From NCBI RefSeq assembly GCF_902713615.1, contig NW_024055490.1, positions 1 through 64,000 on the forward strand: 64,000 bases of DNA. The letters run 5' to 3'. This DNA is from Scyliorhinus canicula. Its lineage: Eukaryota. The notes under the pieces are model-generated. The model saw nothing but the letters and a program-made list of their open reading frames with translations. It made no database searches and was not told the DNA's origin. Positions within the stretch are counted from its first letter, which is position 1. The number at the start of each line of letters is the position of its first letter. A program made the position numbers and the translations under genes. Below are positions 48,570-60,108 of this stretch, in pieces.

Positions 48570-50045
48570 GGTGTCACAAGTAACGTCAGCATTTGATGCC
48601 AATTCCTACTTGCCCTTGAGAATGTGGTGTTGAGCCCGCTTTTTGAACCATTGCATTCCATACTGAGTAAGTCCACCCATAGAGCTGATAGGAAGGGAGT
48701 TCCAGGATTTTGACCAGTGACAGTGAAGGAACAGAGATATAGTTCCCATCTTCTGCGCTGCAAATTCTATGAAATCTATGAAGATGGCGTGAGGCTTGTC
48801 GGGGAACTTGCAGGTCCTGCTGTTATAATGCGTCTGCCGGGCCTGGTCCTTCTAAATGTCTGAGTTCGTGGGTTTGGAAGGTAGTCTAGAAGGAGGCAGT
48901 TGCTGCAGTACATTCTTCTATATCGCTCACGCTGCTAGAATTGTACACCCGTGATGCAGGGAGTGAATGTTTCAGCTGGTGGATGGGGTGTTCCTCGAGT
49001 CGGCCGCTTTGTCCTGGGTGGCGTTGAGATTCTCGAGTGTTGCTTGAGGGGCGCACTTCAGACAAATGGAGGATATTCAGTTAAACTCCTGACTTCTGCC
49101 TTCTGGATGATGAGTAGGGGCTGGGAACTCAGGAGGTGAGTAACTCACCGCAAAATTTCCAGTCACTGACCTGCTCTTGTAGCCACATTATTTAAATGGT
49201 TCTTCCAGTTCAGTTTTTCATCAATGCTAATGATGGTGGGGGATTCAATCAAGGTAGTGGCATTTAAAATCAAGGGGAGTTGGTTAGCATCTCTATTTTT
49301 GGGGTGGTCATTGCCTGACACTTGTCAGCCCAAGCCTGAATGTTGTTCAAGTCTTACTGTATATGGAGACAGACTGCTTCAGTATTTGAGGAATCGAATA
49401 TGGTGCAGAACATTGGGTAATCATCAACGAACATCCCCACTTCTGACCTTATGATGAAGGGTGAAGCTAGGGCCGGGGCACTATGCTAGGACACTATACG
49501 TGACAGGATGCTCCTTGACACTTTTCATGAAGTTGCTGATGATCAAATGCGGACCGATGGGCTAATAATTGGCCGGGTTGGATTTTTCCTGCCTTTTGTG
49601 GACGGGTCATGTTTGGCAATGTTACACATTGTTGGGTACATGTCAGTGCTGTACCTGCACTGGAGCAACTTGTCAGGGGCGCAGCCAGTTCCAGGCCACA
49701 CATCTTCAGTATTGCTGCTAGAATGTTGCCAGGGATAATGCATTAGCAGCGCCGTCAGCCGTTTCTTGATATCGTGTGGAGTGAATCAAATTTGCTGAAG
49801 ACTGACATCCATGATGATGCAGACCACCGGAGGAGGCCGAGATGGACCATCCTCTCGGCACCTCTGGCAGAAACTTTCAGTCTTGTTTTTTGCACTGACG
49901 TGCTGGGCTCCCGCATCATTGAAGAGGGGAATTTTATTGAGGCTCCTATTCTGGCCTTTTGTTTAGTTATTCATTACTATTCAGGACTGGATGTGGCAAA
50001 ACTGCAGAGACAGATCCTGTATATTGAAAATAGGATCGCATTGAT
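48570..50045 (-). mobile_element. old non-LTR retrotransposon remnant (L2/RTEX-like)
   Basis: Homologous to 12790-13385 and 55955-56695; truncated by the CR1 at 50053. Confidence 0.65.
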
Positions 50046-50519
50046 TGTGTGATTCATCCAGCAGAGGGCAGCAGAGCAGAGCTACTGATCAGCTGTTCTG
50101 GGGAAATTTGCATACGTGCAGTGCGGTCAGCCTAAGTTGAAGGTGAATCTGCGAAGGAGACCCGAGGAGTTTGAGTGAAGGCAATCATCCAGCAGAGGGC
50201 AGCAGAGCAGAGCTACTGATCAGCTGTTCTGGGGAAATTTGCATACGTGCAGTGCGGTCAGCCTAAGTTGAAGGTGGTTTGTGGAGAGGCTGTTGGCAAG
50301 TGACAGTTAAACCCGAAAACTTCGTCTGTGTTTCCCACCCTACCTCCTCCTCTAACCAACCCCCCCACCCCACGGTGGTTGGTAAGCGGGAGCAGGGGCC
50401 TGTCGTGAAGGTGAGTGAGTGCCTTTAAATTTGCTTACCTTTCAGCGGGAGCAGGGTTTGAGGTAATATCAGGTAAGCTCTTCCTTTCTTTTTCTTGTTT
50501 TTTTTTAAATCTAGAGGTG

Positions 50520-51445
50520 ATGTCAGGGAAGGCAGTACAATGCTCCTCCTGCAGAATGTTTGAGGTGAGGGACGCCGTCAGTGTCCCTGCTGATTTCATC
50601 TGTGGGAAGTGCACCCAACTCCAGCTCCTCAAAAACCGTGTTAGGGACCTGGAGCTTGAGCTGGATGAACTTCGGATCATTCGGGAGGCAGAGGGGGTCA
50701 TAGATAGGAGCTTCAGGGAAGTAGTTACACCAAAGATTGGAGATAGATGGGTAACTGTAAGAGGGACTGGGAAGAAGCAGTCAGTGCAGGGACCCCCTGC
50801 GGTCGTTCCCCTGAGTAACAAGTATACCGTTTTGGATACGTGTGGGGGGGACGACTTACCAGGGGTAAGCCATGGGGTACGGGCCTCTGGCACGGAGTCT
50901 GTCCCTGTTGCTCAGAAGGGAAGGGGGAAAGGAGTAGAACATTAGTAATTGGGGACTCAATAGTCAGGGGCACAGATAGGAGATTTTGTGGGAGCGAGAG
51001 AGACTCACGTTTGGTATGTTGCCTCCCAGGTGCAAGGGTACGTGATGTCTCGGATCGTGTTTTCCGGGTCCTTAAGGGGAGGGGGAGCAACCCCAAGTCG
51101 TAGTCCACATTGGCACTAACGACATAGGTAGGAAAGGGGACAAGGATGTCAGGCAGGCCTTTAAGGAGCTAGGATGGAAGCTCAGAGCGAGAACAAACAG
51201 AGTTGTTATCTCTGGGTTGTTGCCCGTGCCACGTGATAGTGAGATGAGGAATAGGGAGAGAGAGCAATTAAACACGTGGCTACAGGGATGGTGCAGGCAG
51301 GAGGGATTCAGATTTCTGGATAACTGGGGCTCTTTCTGGGGAAGGTGGGACCTCTATAGACAGGATGGTCTACATCTGAACCTGAGGGGCACCAATATCC
51401 TGGGGGGGGAGATTTGTTAGTGCTCTTTGGGGGGGTTTAAACTAA
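50520..51445 (+). pseudogene. CR1 ORF1, frameshifted
   Basis: Same protein as 24009-24935; indels in purine runs near 50925, 51080 and 51405. Confidence 0.88.
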
Positions 51446-54330
51446 TTCAGCAGGGGCATGGGAACCTGGATTGTAGTTTTGGGGTACGGGAGATTGAGAG
51501 TATAGAGGTCAGGAGCACAGATTTGACTTCGCAGGAGGGTGCCAGTGTTCAGGTAGGTGGTTTGAAGTGTGTCTACTTCAATGCCAGGAGTATACGAAAT
51601 AAGGTAGGGGAACTGGCAGCATGGGTTGGTACCTGGGACTTCGATGTTGTGGCCATTTCAGAGACATGGATAGAGCAGGGACAGGAATGGCTGTTGCAGG
51701 TTCCGGGGTTTAGGTGTTTTAGTAAGCTCAGAGAAGGGGGCAAAAGAGGGGGAGGTGTGGCGCTGCTAGTCAAGGACAGTATTACGGTGGCGGAAAGGAT
51801 GCTAGATGGGGACTCTTCTTCTGAGGTAGTATGGGCTGAGGTTAGAAACAGGAAAGGAGAGGTCACCCTGTTGGGAGTTTTCTATAGGCCACCTAATAGT
51901 TCTAGGGATGTAGAGGAAAGGATGGCGAAGATGATTCTGGAAAAGAGCGAAAGTAACAGGGTAGTTGTTATGGGAGACTTTAACTTTCCAAATATTGACT
52001 GGAAAAGATATAGTTCGAGTACATTAGATGGGTCGTTCTTTGTACAATGTGTGCAGGAGGGTTTCCTGACACAATATGTTGACAGGCCAACAAGAGGCGA
52101 GGCCACATTGGATTTGGTTTTGGGTAATGAACCAGGCCAGGTGTTAGATCTGGAGGTAGGTGAGCACTTTGGAAACAGTGACCACAATTCGGTGACCTTT
52201 ACGTTAGTGATGGAAAGGGATACGTATACCCCGCAGGGCAAGAGTTATAGCTGGGGGAAGGGCAATTATGATGCCATTAGACATGACTTAGGATGTGTTG
52301 GTTGGAGAAGTAGGCTGCAAGGGTTGGGCACACTGGATATGTGGAGCTTGTTCAAGGAACAGCTATTGCATGTTCTTGATAAGTACGTACCAGTCAGGCA
52401 GGGAGGAAGGGGTCGAGCGAGGGAACCGTGGTTTACCAAAGAAGTGGAATCTCTTGTTAAGAGGAAGAAGGAGGCCTATGTGAAGATGAGGCGTGAAGTT
52501 TCAGTTGGGGCGCTTGATAGTTACAAGGAAGCGAGGAAGGATCTAAAGAGAGAGCTGAGACGAGCAAGGAGGGGACATGAGAAGTCTTTGGCAGGTAGGA
52601 TCAAGGAAAACCCAAAAGCTTTCTATAGGTATGTCAGGAATAAAAGAATGACTAGGGTAAGAGTAGGGCCAGTCAAGGACAGTGGTGGGAAGTTGTGTGT
52701 GGAGGCTGAGGAGATAAGTGAGATACTAAATGAATACTTTTCGTCAGTATTCACTCAAGAAAAAGATAATATTGTGGAGGAGAATGCTGAGACCCAGGCT
52801 ATTAGAATAGATGGCATTGAGGTGCGTAGGGAAGAAGTGTCGGCAATTCTGGACAAGGTGAAAATAGATAAGTCCCCGGGGCCGGATGGGATTTATCCTA
52901 GGATTCTCTGGGAAGCCAGGGAAGAGATTGCTGAGCCTTTGGCTTTGATTTTTAGGTCATCATTGGCTACAGGAATAGTGCCAGAGGACTGGAGGATAGC
53001 AAATGTGGTCCCTTTGTTCAAGAAGGGGAGTAGACATAACCCCGGTAACTATAGGCCGGTGAGCCTAACGTCTGTGGTGGGTAAAGTCTTGGAGAGGATT
53101 ATAAAAGATACGATTTATAATCATCTAGATAGGAATAATATGATTAGGGACAGTCAGCATGGTTTTGTGAAGGGTAGGTCATGCCTCACAAACCTTATCG
53201 AGTTCTTTGAGAAGGTGACTGAACAGGTAGACGAGGGTAGAGCAGTTGATGTGGTGTATATGGATTTCAGTAAAGCGTTTGATAAGGTTCCCCACGGTCG
53301 GCTATTGCAGAAAATACGGAGGCTGGGGATTGAGGGTGATTTAGAGATGTGGATCAGAAATTGGCTAGTTGAAAGAAGACAGAGAGTGGTAGTTGATGGG
53401 AAATGTTCAGAATGGCGTTCAGTTACGAGTGGCGTACCACAAGGATCTGTTCTGGGGCCGTTGCTGTTTGTCATTTTTATAAATGACCTAGAGGAGGGCG
53501 CAGAAGGATGGGTGACTAAATTTGCAGATGACACTAAAGTCGGTGGAGTTGTAGACAGTGCGGAAGGATGTTGCAGGTTACAGAGGGACATAGATAAGCT
53601 GCAGAGCTGGGCTGAGAGGTGGCAAATGGAGTTTAATGTGGAGAAGTGTGAGGTGATTCACTTTGGAAAGAATAACAGAAATGCGGAATATTTGGCTAAT
53701 GGTAAAATTCTTGGTAGTGTGGATGAGCAGAGGGATCTCGGTGTCCATGTACATAGATCCCTGAAAGTTGCCACCCAGGTTGATAGGGTTGTGAAGAAGG
53801 CCTATGGTGTGTTGGCCTTTATTGGTAGAGGGATTGAGTTCCGGAGCCATGAAGTCATGTTGCAGTTGTACAAAACTCTAGTACGGCCGCATTTGGAGTA
53901 TTGCGTACAGTTCTGGTCGCCTCATTATAGGAAGGACGTGGAAGCTTTGGAACGGGTGCAGAGGAGATTTACCAGGATGTTGCCTGGTATGGAGGGAAAA
54001 TCTTATGAGGAAAGGCTGATGGACTTGAGGTTGTTTTCGTTAGAGAGAAGAAGGTTAAGAGGTGACTTAATAGAGGCATACAAAATGATCAGAGGGTTAG
54101 ATAGGGTGGACAGCGAGAGCCTTCTCCCGCGGATGGAGGTGGCTAGCACGAGGGGACATAGCCTTAAATTGAGGGGTAATAGATATAGGACAGAGGTCAG
54201 AGGTGGGTTTTTTACGCAAAGAGTGGTGAGGCCGTGGAATGCCCTACCTGCAACAGTAGTGAACACGCCAACATTGAGGGCATTTAAAAATTTATTGGAT
54301 AAGCATATGGATGATAAGGGCATAGTGTAG
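51436..54330 (+). CDS. CR1 ORF2 (APE endonuclease + reverse transcriptase), open frame with no upstream AUG
   Basis: Stop-free frame 51427-54330 with all APE and RT motifs; the first in-frame ATG is at 51799, downstream of YFNARS and SETW. Confidence 0.9.
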   Translation, partial: FKLIQQGHGNLDCSFGVREIESIEVRSTDLTSQEGASVQVGGLKCVYFNARSIRNKVGELAAWVGTWDFDVVAISETWIEQGQEWLLQVPGFRCFSKLREGGKRGGGVALLVKDSITVAERMLDGDSSSEVVWAEVRNRKGEVTLLGVFYRPPNSSRDVEERMAKMILEKSESNRVVVMGDFNFPNIDWKRYSSSTLDGSFFVQCVQEGFLTQYVDRPTRGEATLDLVLGNEPGQVLDLEVGEHFGNSDHNSVTFTLVMERDTYTPQGKSYSWGKGNYDAIRHDLGCVGWRSRLQGLGTLDMWSLFKEQLLHVLDKYVPVRQGGRGRAREPWFTKEVESLVKRKKEAYVKMRREVSVGALDSYKEARKDLKRELRRARRGHEKSLAGRIKENPKAFYRYVRNKRMTRVRVGPVKDSGGKLCVEAEEISEILNEYFSSVFTQEKDNIVEENAETQAIRIDGIEVRREEVSAILDKVKIDKSPGPDGIYPRILWEAREEIAEPLALIFRSSLATGIVPEDWRIANVVPLFKKGSRHNPGNYRPVSLTSVVGKVLERIIKDTIYNHLDRNNMIRDSQHGFVKGRSCLTNLIEFFEKVTEQVDEGRAVDVVYMDFSKAFDKVPHGRLLQKIRRLGIEGDLEMWIRNWLVERRQRVVVDGKCSEWRSVTSGVPQGSVLGPLLFVIFINDLEEGAEGWVTKFADDTKVGGVVDSAEGCCRLQRDIDKLQSWAERWQMEFNVEKCEVIHFGKNNRNAEYLANGKILGSVDEQRDLGVHVHRSLKVATQVDRVVKKAYGVLAFIGRGIEFRSHEVMLQLYKTLVRPHLEYCVQFWSPHYRKDVEALERVQRRFTRMLPGMEGKSYEERLMDLRLFSLERRRLRGDLIEAYKMIRGLDRVDSESLLPRMEVASTRGHSLKLRGNRYRTEVRGGFFTQRVVRPWNALPATVVNTPTLRAFKNLLDKHMDDKGIV

Positions 54331-55308
54331 GTTAGATGGCCTTTAGATTTTTTCCATGTCGGTGCAACATCGAGGGCCGAAGGGCCTGTACTGCGCTGTA
54401 TCGTTCTATGTTCTATATAAACATTGACAAGTACTGGTGCAGTATTAATTGAAACAGAGTGTCCTGTATTATAAACAAAGACAGAGTCTAGTCTAACAAA
54501 AATACAGACAGTGATCAGTGCAGTAATTATTGAGGCAATGCCTGCTTCGTGTAATGCAAGGCATCTGGATTTAAATTCCATCTGCTGGCCAAACTTTGCA
54601 ATTGCAGTTGCTGTGAAAATGTTGTTGTCAGGTATAATCCATGATGTTGATGTATCCATAATCCATTTGCACAAATGTAATATCACATCGCCTTCTACGG
54701 GAGGTGCCAAAATTTAAGGTGTAACTAATTTCAGGTGTCGGTGGCTGATTCTCCCACATTGAGATCAGCACCAGAGCAAAGCGGCTCAATTCCTGGTCAT
54801 GCACTTTTGTTCATCTTTGTTAAATAGAGGAATGTTTACCTGGGCGTTGTATGGAGTCCATGGGAAATGTAACATTCATCTCACAACCATAGTGTTGGGG
54901 AGAGTTTATTGATTGATTATACCACCTGCAAAATGGTTGGGGCCATTGTGTCTGAAGCTTCCCAGGAAGTTAACAAGGGACTTTAATGTTAAAGGGGCAA
55001 TGTGTGTGCGCGTGTAAAACAGATAATGCGTGTGTGAGGGACTGTGTGTGTGTGGCTGTGTTTGTGTGAAACACATGTTGCGTACAAATCTCACAACGGT
55101 CACGGCATCCTTCTATTTCAATAGATACACAGCAAATATTTCCACAAATGTTGCACACGAAGCGCCCAATTGTCGTTCTGGGTTGTCGCTTTTTCGGTTT
55201 GTGTCTATTTCAAAGCTGCTAAATCCACTGGTCCTGGTGGTTCACACCAGCCCACCGACAGTGTCGAATGTTTATTGAAATTGATGAAAGTAAGGTGAAG
55301 AGGTAGAC

Positions 55309-55550
55309 ATGTGCGGAGTCTGCACATCCTTCCCAAGTATGCGTGGGTTTCCTCCGGGTGCTCCGGTTTCCTCCCATAGTCCAAAGATGTGCAGGTTAGG
55401 TGGATTGGCCACTGAAAATTGCCCTTAGTGTCCAAAATTGCCCTTAGTGTTGGGTGGGGTTACTGGGTTATGGGGATAGGGTGCTCTTTCCAAGAGCCGG
55501 TGCAGACTCTATGGGCTGAATGGCCTCCTTCTGCACTGTAAATTCTATGA
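55309..55550 (+). mobile_element. 5'-truncated V-SINE
   Basis: V core and 3' tail GGGCTGAATGGCCTCCTTCTGCACTGTAAATTCTATG. Confidence 0.85.
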
Positions 55551-55954
55551 AAACATGTGGCAGAAAGAGCAGATCATGTCCAGAGCAAATCTTGCGACAC
55601 AAACACAGCACCTTTCTTCCAGCAACATTCCGCCTGCAAGCAGATGAAGTGTTAAGTGTAAAGTGTGAAGCCAGCAAAGGCCTTCCCAGTGATGCTGTGA
55701 GTGAGATACGTCAATAGTTGCTGCAGTCTCATCTGTCCACTTTGTTTTCCCATATTGGTTATGGTTGTACATCATGAATCTCCTGTGGGGTAGCTTATAC
55801 CTTCCAGCAGAGAAGGCGGAGGCCATAAATGTTCAGAAACATAGCAATTATATTCACCAATTTTCATTAATTTATGAATATAAACGATTAGATTCACCAA
55901 TTGCCATCGTTCCACAAAGTCCTGTTTTAAATGAAGTTATACAGTGTGGGCATC

Positions 55955-56695
55955 GAGGGCTAGGCCATGATTTATTGTCCATCGCTAATTGCCTTTCACA
56001 AAGAGGCAGTGAACTGCTTGTTTGAACCTCTGCAGTCACTCTGGTGTAGGTACGTCGACGATGTTGTTAGGGAGGGAGTTCTAGACTTTTGAACCAGCGA
56101 CAGCGAAGATTCGGTGATATATTTCCAAGTTAGGATAGCGAATGATTTGGAGGGGACTTTCCAGGTGGTGATCTTACCATATATCAGCTGCCTTTTCCTT
56201 CTAGAAGGATATGGTCCTGGGTTCAGAAGGTGTTTCGAAAGGAGATTTGCTCGTTCCTGCAGTGCATCTTATGGATTGTACATTATTGCCATTATTCGCC
56301 GGAGGTGGATGGAATGAGTGTTTGCCCATGGGGTGACAATAAAGCTTCTTTAGCCTGGATGGTGTCGAGCTTCTTGAATTTTGTTGGAGCTGCACCCAGC
56401 AAGGCAACGGGAGAGTATTCAATTACACTCCTGGCTTATGCTTTGTAGATGGTGAACAGGCTTTGGGAGTCACGAGGTGAGTTGCTCACCGCAGGCTTCC
56501 TGAACGCTGATCGGATCTTGTAGTCTCAGCATTTATATGGTCAGTCCAGTACAGCTTCTGGTCAATGGTAACCCCAGTGTGTTGATCGTGGGGAATTCAG
56601 CGATGACAATATCAGTGAATGTCAAGGAGCGATGGTTAGATTCTATTTTGCTGGAAATGGTCATTGTTTAGCAATTCCGTGGCGAATATCACCAA
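55955..56695 (-). mobile_element. old non-LTR retrotransposon 3' remnant (L2/RTEX-like)
   Basis: Minus strand GVTIDQKLYWTDHIN..R*ATHLVTP, with stops and frameshifts. Confidence 0.7.
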
Positions 56696-57754
56696 TTGTC
56701 ACAAGTCACAAAGTTAAATAATGATATTATTCAATTATCATCAACACAACATAAAAAGTTCCATTCACCAATTATGATCCGCACTTTCTTTTACAAAATG
56801 TAAATACAATTCATTTAAGGGAGGTGGATTTGAGACCACGAAGAGATCAGCCATGATGATTGAATGGCGGAGCAGGCTCGAAGGGCTTAATTGCCTATTT
56901 CTGCTCCTAATTCCTTTTTTGTGTGTTTGACATAATTTATTGAGATTAAATTTAATTGAGATAGCATTGACCATTATGTCACCAAGAAGTCACATCTACA
57001 CCGGAATTCAATGTGAAATAGAATTAAACCACACCGAGGATAATGTGCAACTACCCAGCAGCCTCTGCGCTGCATTGGTCAGTAATCGCCTCATCGTCAC
57101 ACAGAATCGCCAGACTAGAGTGTGAGATGATTTTTAAAGTGCCGGTAGAAATAAAAATGCCTTTACCTAATGTGACGTTAATGAATCTTTACTTCCCAAT
57201 TTGTTATTACACTGCTTTGGAAAGTAATTCAACATTTACAGCTGTCCACTGAGTTTCACAGTATTTCTGTTTTCACATTAATATGTTTTAGTCTGGTGTC
57301 TTCATTAATTTGGGTAGGGACATCTTGAGTGACTTATTGTACATGAAATGACCTCATGCTCCAAATATTACAACCGTCCTCCACAATGTAATCACCTTCC
57401 CGCTTTCTGTCTTTGAGATGACGGTTCGCCATCAGCGGAGAAGAATCACCAGCACCGCAGGAATATCTCCAGTTTCCTCTTAGTGACGTCCAGTTCGTCA
57501 GTTCCCGATAGTCTGGGGAGGAAATTCACCCAGAAAGGCTTCAGCCACCGAATGTATCAGGCGATACAAATTATAAAGGACCAACTTTAATTTGTGAAAT
57601 CATCAAGAGCAAAACTGAAAATGTAGAACAGCATCTTTCAGGGCCATCTATCCATCCATCCATCAACCCCATTCACTGATTCCTCAATCACAATATTCAG
57701 GCATCCAACTAACACTCATCTCTACATCAAATCAGTGATCCCTTTATATTTTGG

Positions 57755-58050
57755 GTGGATGGTGATGCAGTATTAATGTTATTGGGTCAGTAATAAAAAT
57801 GCCCGGGTACAAATGCTCGCGTACAAATCCCACCATAGTCGGAGGGGGAATTTAATTCCACTTAATAAATCTGGAATACATATTACATGAAATCCGCTCT
57901 GTTTCACCAATGAAGGAAATCTGTCATCCCTCCCTGGCTTCACCTACATCAGGCTCCAGTCGGACAGCAACATGTCTGACTCTTCCGTTCATTCTGAACT
58001 GGCAATAGTAATTAGGGGCAGGGTCTTGTATTGAACCCACAATCCATGGA
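57755..58050 (+). mobile_element. degenerate DeuSINE
   Basis: GAAGGAAATCTGTCATCCCT..ACCTACATC..GGCTCCAG..ACAGCAAC..TGACTCTT core. Confidence 0.55.
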
Positions 58051-59759
58051 AGTATATAGGGGGAAAACATGAATATACATGTTGGTCTGTTACAAATTGA
58101 CCCTCTGTCTGATAGTCTGATTGTATTTCAATCGGTCATCACAATGTTGTGAGATGTGGGAGAGATCCTCCAGCGGGATATTGCTGCTAAGAGGGGCTAC
58201 AAATCCTTTCCATAGAGATGGGAACAGTACAAATAGGTTCACAATTTAAAACATAAAATGTTCTCCAGTCCTGTTGCTGGGTAGATTTGTTTATAAATAG
58301 TTCTCATTGACAATGTTAAGAGTTTGAAGTTGGCTTGCAGCCAAGCGGTCAGTACTGAGCCAACAGATCTCTGAAAAAAAATCCAGATGCTTCCTGTAAA
58401 CAACATTGAACATTCGAGCCTCCCTGACTGCAGGCGGCTGGATTGCTGCCAAATACTGTGTGGGGCAGATTAACCTGAATATGAATGGATTAAATGGGAT
58501 TGATCCATTCAAACAATAAATGTTTAGTCGCACATGAAGTAAATGTTTTAAATGGTGTTCCATCTAAATAAATATATTCGGTGAATGTTCTGTTCACTCT
58601 TAGAATAAACATGATCAGAAAATAGTAAATTGACTCGTGCTATTTAATTTATATAAGTTCCGAGTAAAGGTCACTCTAGTTATGAAAGTCCGTTTGTGAA
58701 GAACCGAATGAAGTGAGAGTGAGTGGTGTTGATGGGCCCAATCCACAAGCCCAATAAAATGAGGGGAATTGCAAAAAATATAAGTTGAAATAAAAGAAAA
58801 TCATAAAAGTGCTCAAAACCCGCCGGAATTCCTGGAATATTCTTCGAGTTGTTGACCCCATTTAAACGGTGGAGTCTCTTATACCTGATCAGCACCGTGT
58901 TCTGTACAGTTTAATTTGTGCTGATTTCCATTATTTAACAGTCCCTCTTATTGCTGCCAATGAGTGGAGAAATGACCAGTTCATGGCCTGCTTCAGTGGA
59001 AGATAAAACATTTATTCCTGTGATATTGTGTAATATGCCGCAAAGTCCTGATATCCTGTGTTCCCAACACCAGTGAATGTTAGACAGCCGGTGGTCAGTA
59101 AAATTAGCGGCAATGATTTAGATGCTGAATGATAACTTTGCTATCGCCGCGTCCGTTCTGATTCATTAACTTCTCTGTCAAAAGCTGATGTGAATTTTAT
59201 GTTTCTCTGTCAACTCACTGCTCAATAATCTGGCAAGCGGCTTCTTTTACCGCCAATGTTCACACAACTGTCTGAGGCTCAGGGGCAGTTCGAGAAATAG
59301 CAGGAGAGACATTGTGTAATGTGAGAGTTTCTTCTTGTCCCCAGACCTACATTGTTTAATGATAGTCGTGCACCATTTAAATCGAATCACTTTATTCATT
59401 GCCCGTATTTAGTTACAGAATTCGAGAACAACTCTTCTGATAAATTATAAGTTATTGTTTTAATTGGATAGAGACCCAGAGTTGTTGCAAATTAGACAGA
59501 CAGACGTCTTATTCCCTGTTAATATAATTTCATCTGTTTGTGATCATCCACTTATGTTGGAGTACATAAATAAAGGACTGAATTTACAATGGAATTAAGT
59601 TTAATTAACAGATGCGAAAATATAATTTCACCAATAGGATGACGAGAGACATTACAATGAATCCAGTCAGACAAACAAATATCCCGATACACATAAATGT
59701 CTATTTTAATAATAACCTATAGTAAATCGCTGGGTCCATTCTGTTGTGGGTGTGGAAGG

Positions 59760-59860
59760 TGGGACGTGGATCCAGTCGCCGCCTCCACCAGGGAATCAAC
59801 AGGCGGCGCCTGGAAAGCCGCCCCCTTCTGCCGGGTATTTAAATGCCGCTCACTGGGACC
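59760..59860 (+). promoter_or_regulatory. IgH V promoter region
   Basis: GC-rich patch with TATA-like TATTTAAA at 59836-59843, ~80-90 bp upstream of the leader ATG; no canonical octamer seen nearby. Confidence 0.6.
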
Positions 59861-59922
59861 CGAATCCAACAGTCCGGGAGCTGGTTTGTTCACTGAGTTC
59901 CTGACACAACCATTTCCCCCAA

Positions 59923-59980
59923 ATGACCAGAAGGATGAGGTGGGCCATTTCTCTCAGTTTGTTGCTGACTTTCTTATCCC
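59923..59980 (+). CDS. IGHV: IgH V leader exon (MTRRMRWAISLSLLLTFLS-R; alternative ATG at 59935)
   Basis: Hydrophobic signal peptide, phase-1 donor C|GTGAGT at 59981, joins in frame to RVQS. Confidence 0.92.
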
Positions 59981-60108
59981 GTGAGTAGTTTTTATTGTCC
60001 AGGTCTCTCACTGTTACTGTCTCAGTGTTAGTCTCTCTCTGGAATGTTCTAGAGTCACCAATCATTTCACCAGCATTAATCCTCGGGCTTTTTGATATAT
60101 TTTTACAG

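Larger units (their letters stand above)
50053..54416 (+). mobile_element. near full-length CR1 LINE (copy 2)
   Basis: Nearly identical to 22857-27948; ~1.7 5' monomers (50053-50272); GTTCTATGTTCTAT tail. Confidence 0.95.

Noticed and set aside
53154-54710. Antisense or alternate-frame ORFs over LINEs (e.g. 54003-54710, 26673-27110, 34395-34859, 36451-36985)
   Set aside because: Shadow frames of TE coding sequence; they recur only because the parent elements are near-identical.
59612-59619. ATGCGAAA as the VH octamer
   Set aside because: Two mismatches to ATGCAAAT and ~310 bp upstream of the ATG; expected by chance in AT-rich DNA.
1-59700. Ig constant, transmembrane or additional V/TCR exons of a neighbouring cluster
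   Set aside because: No Ig C-domain Cys/Trp pattern, TM motif or additional RSS-flanked segments found on either strand by eye or in the ORF track; short exons could have been missed.
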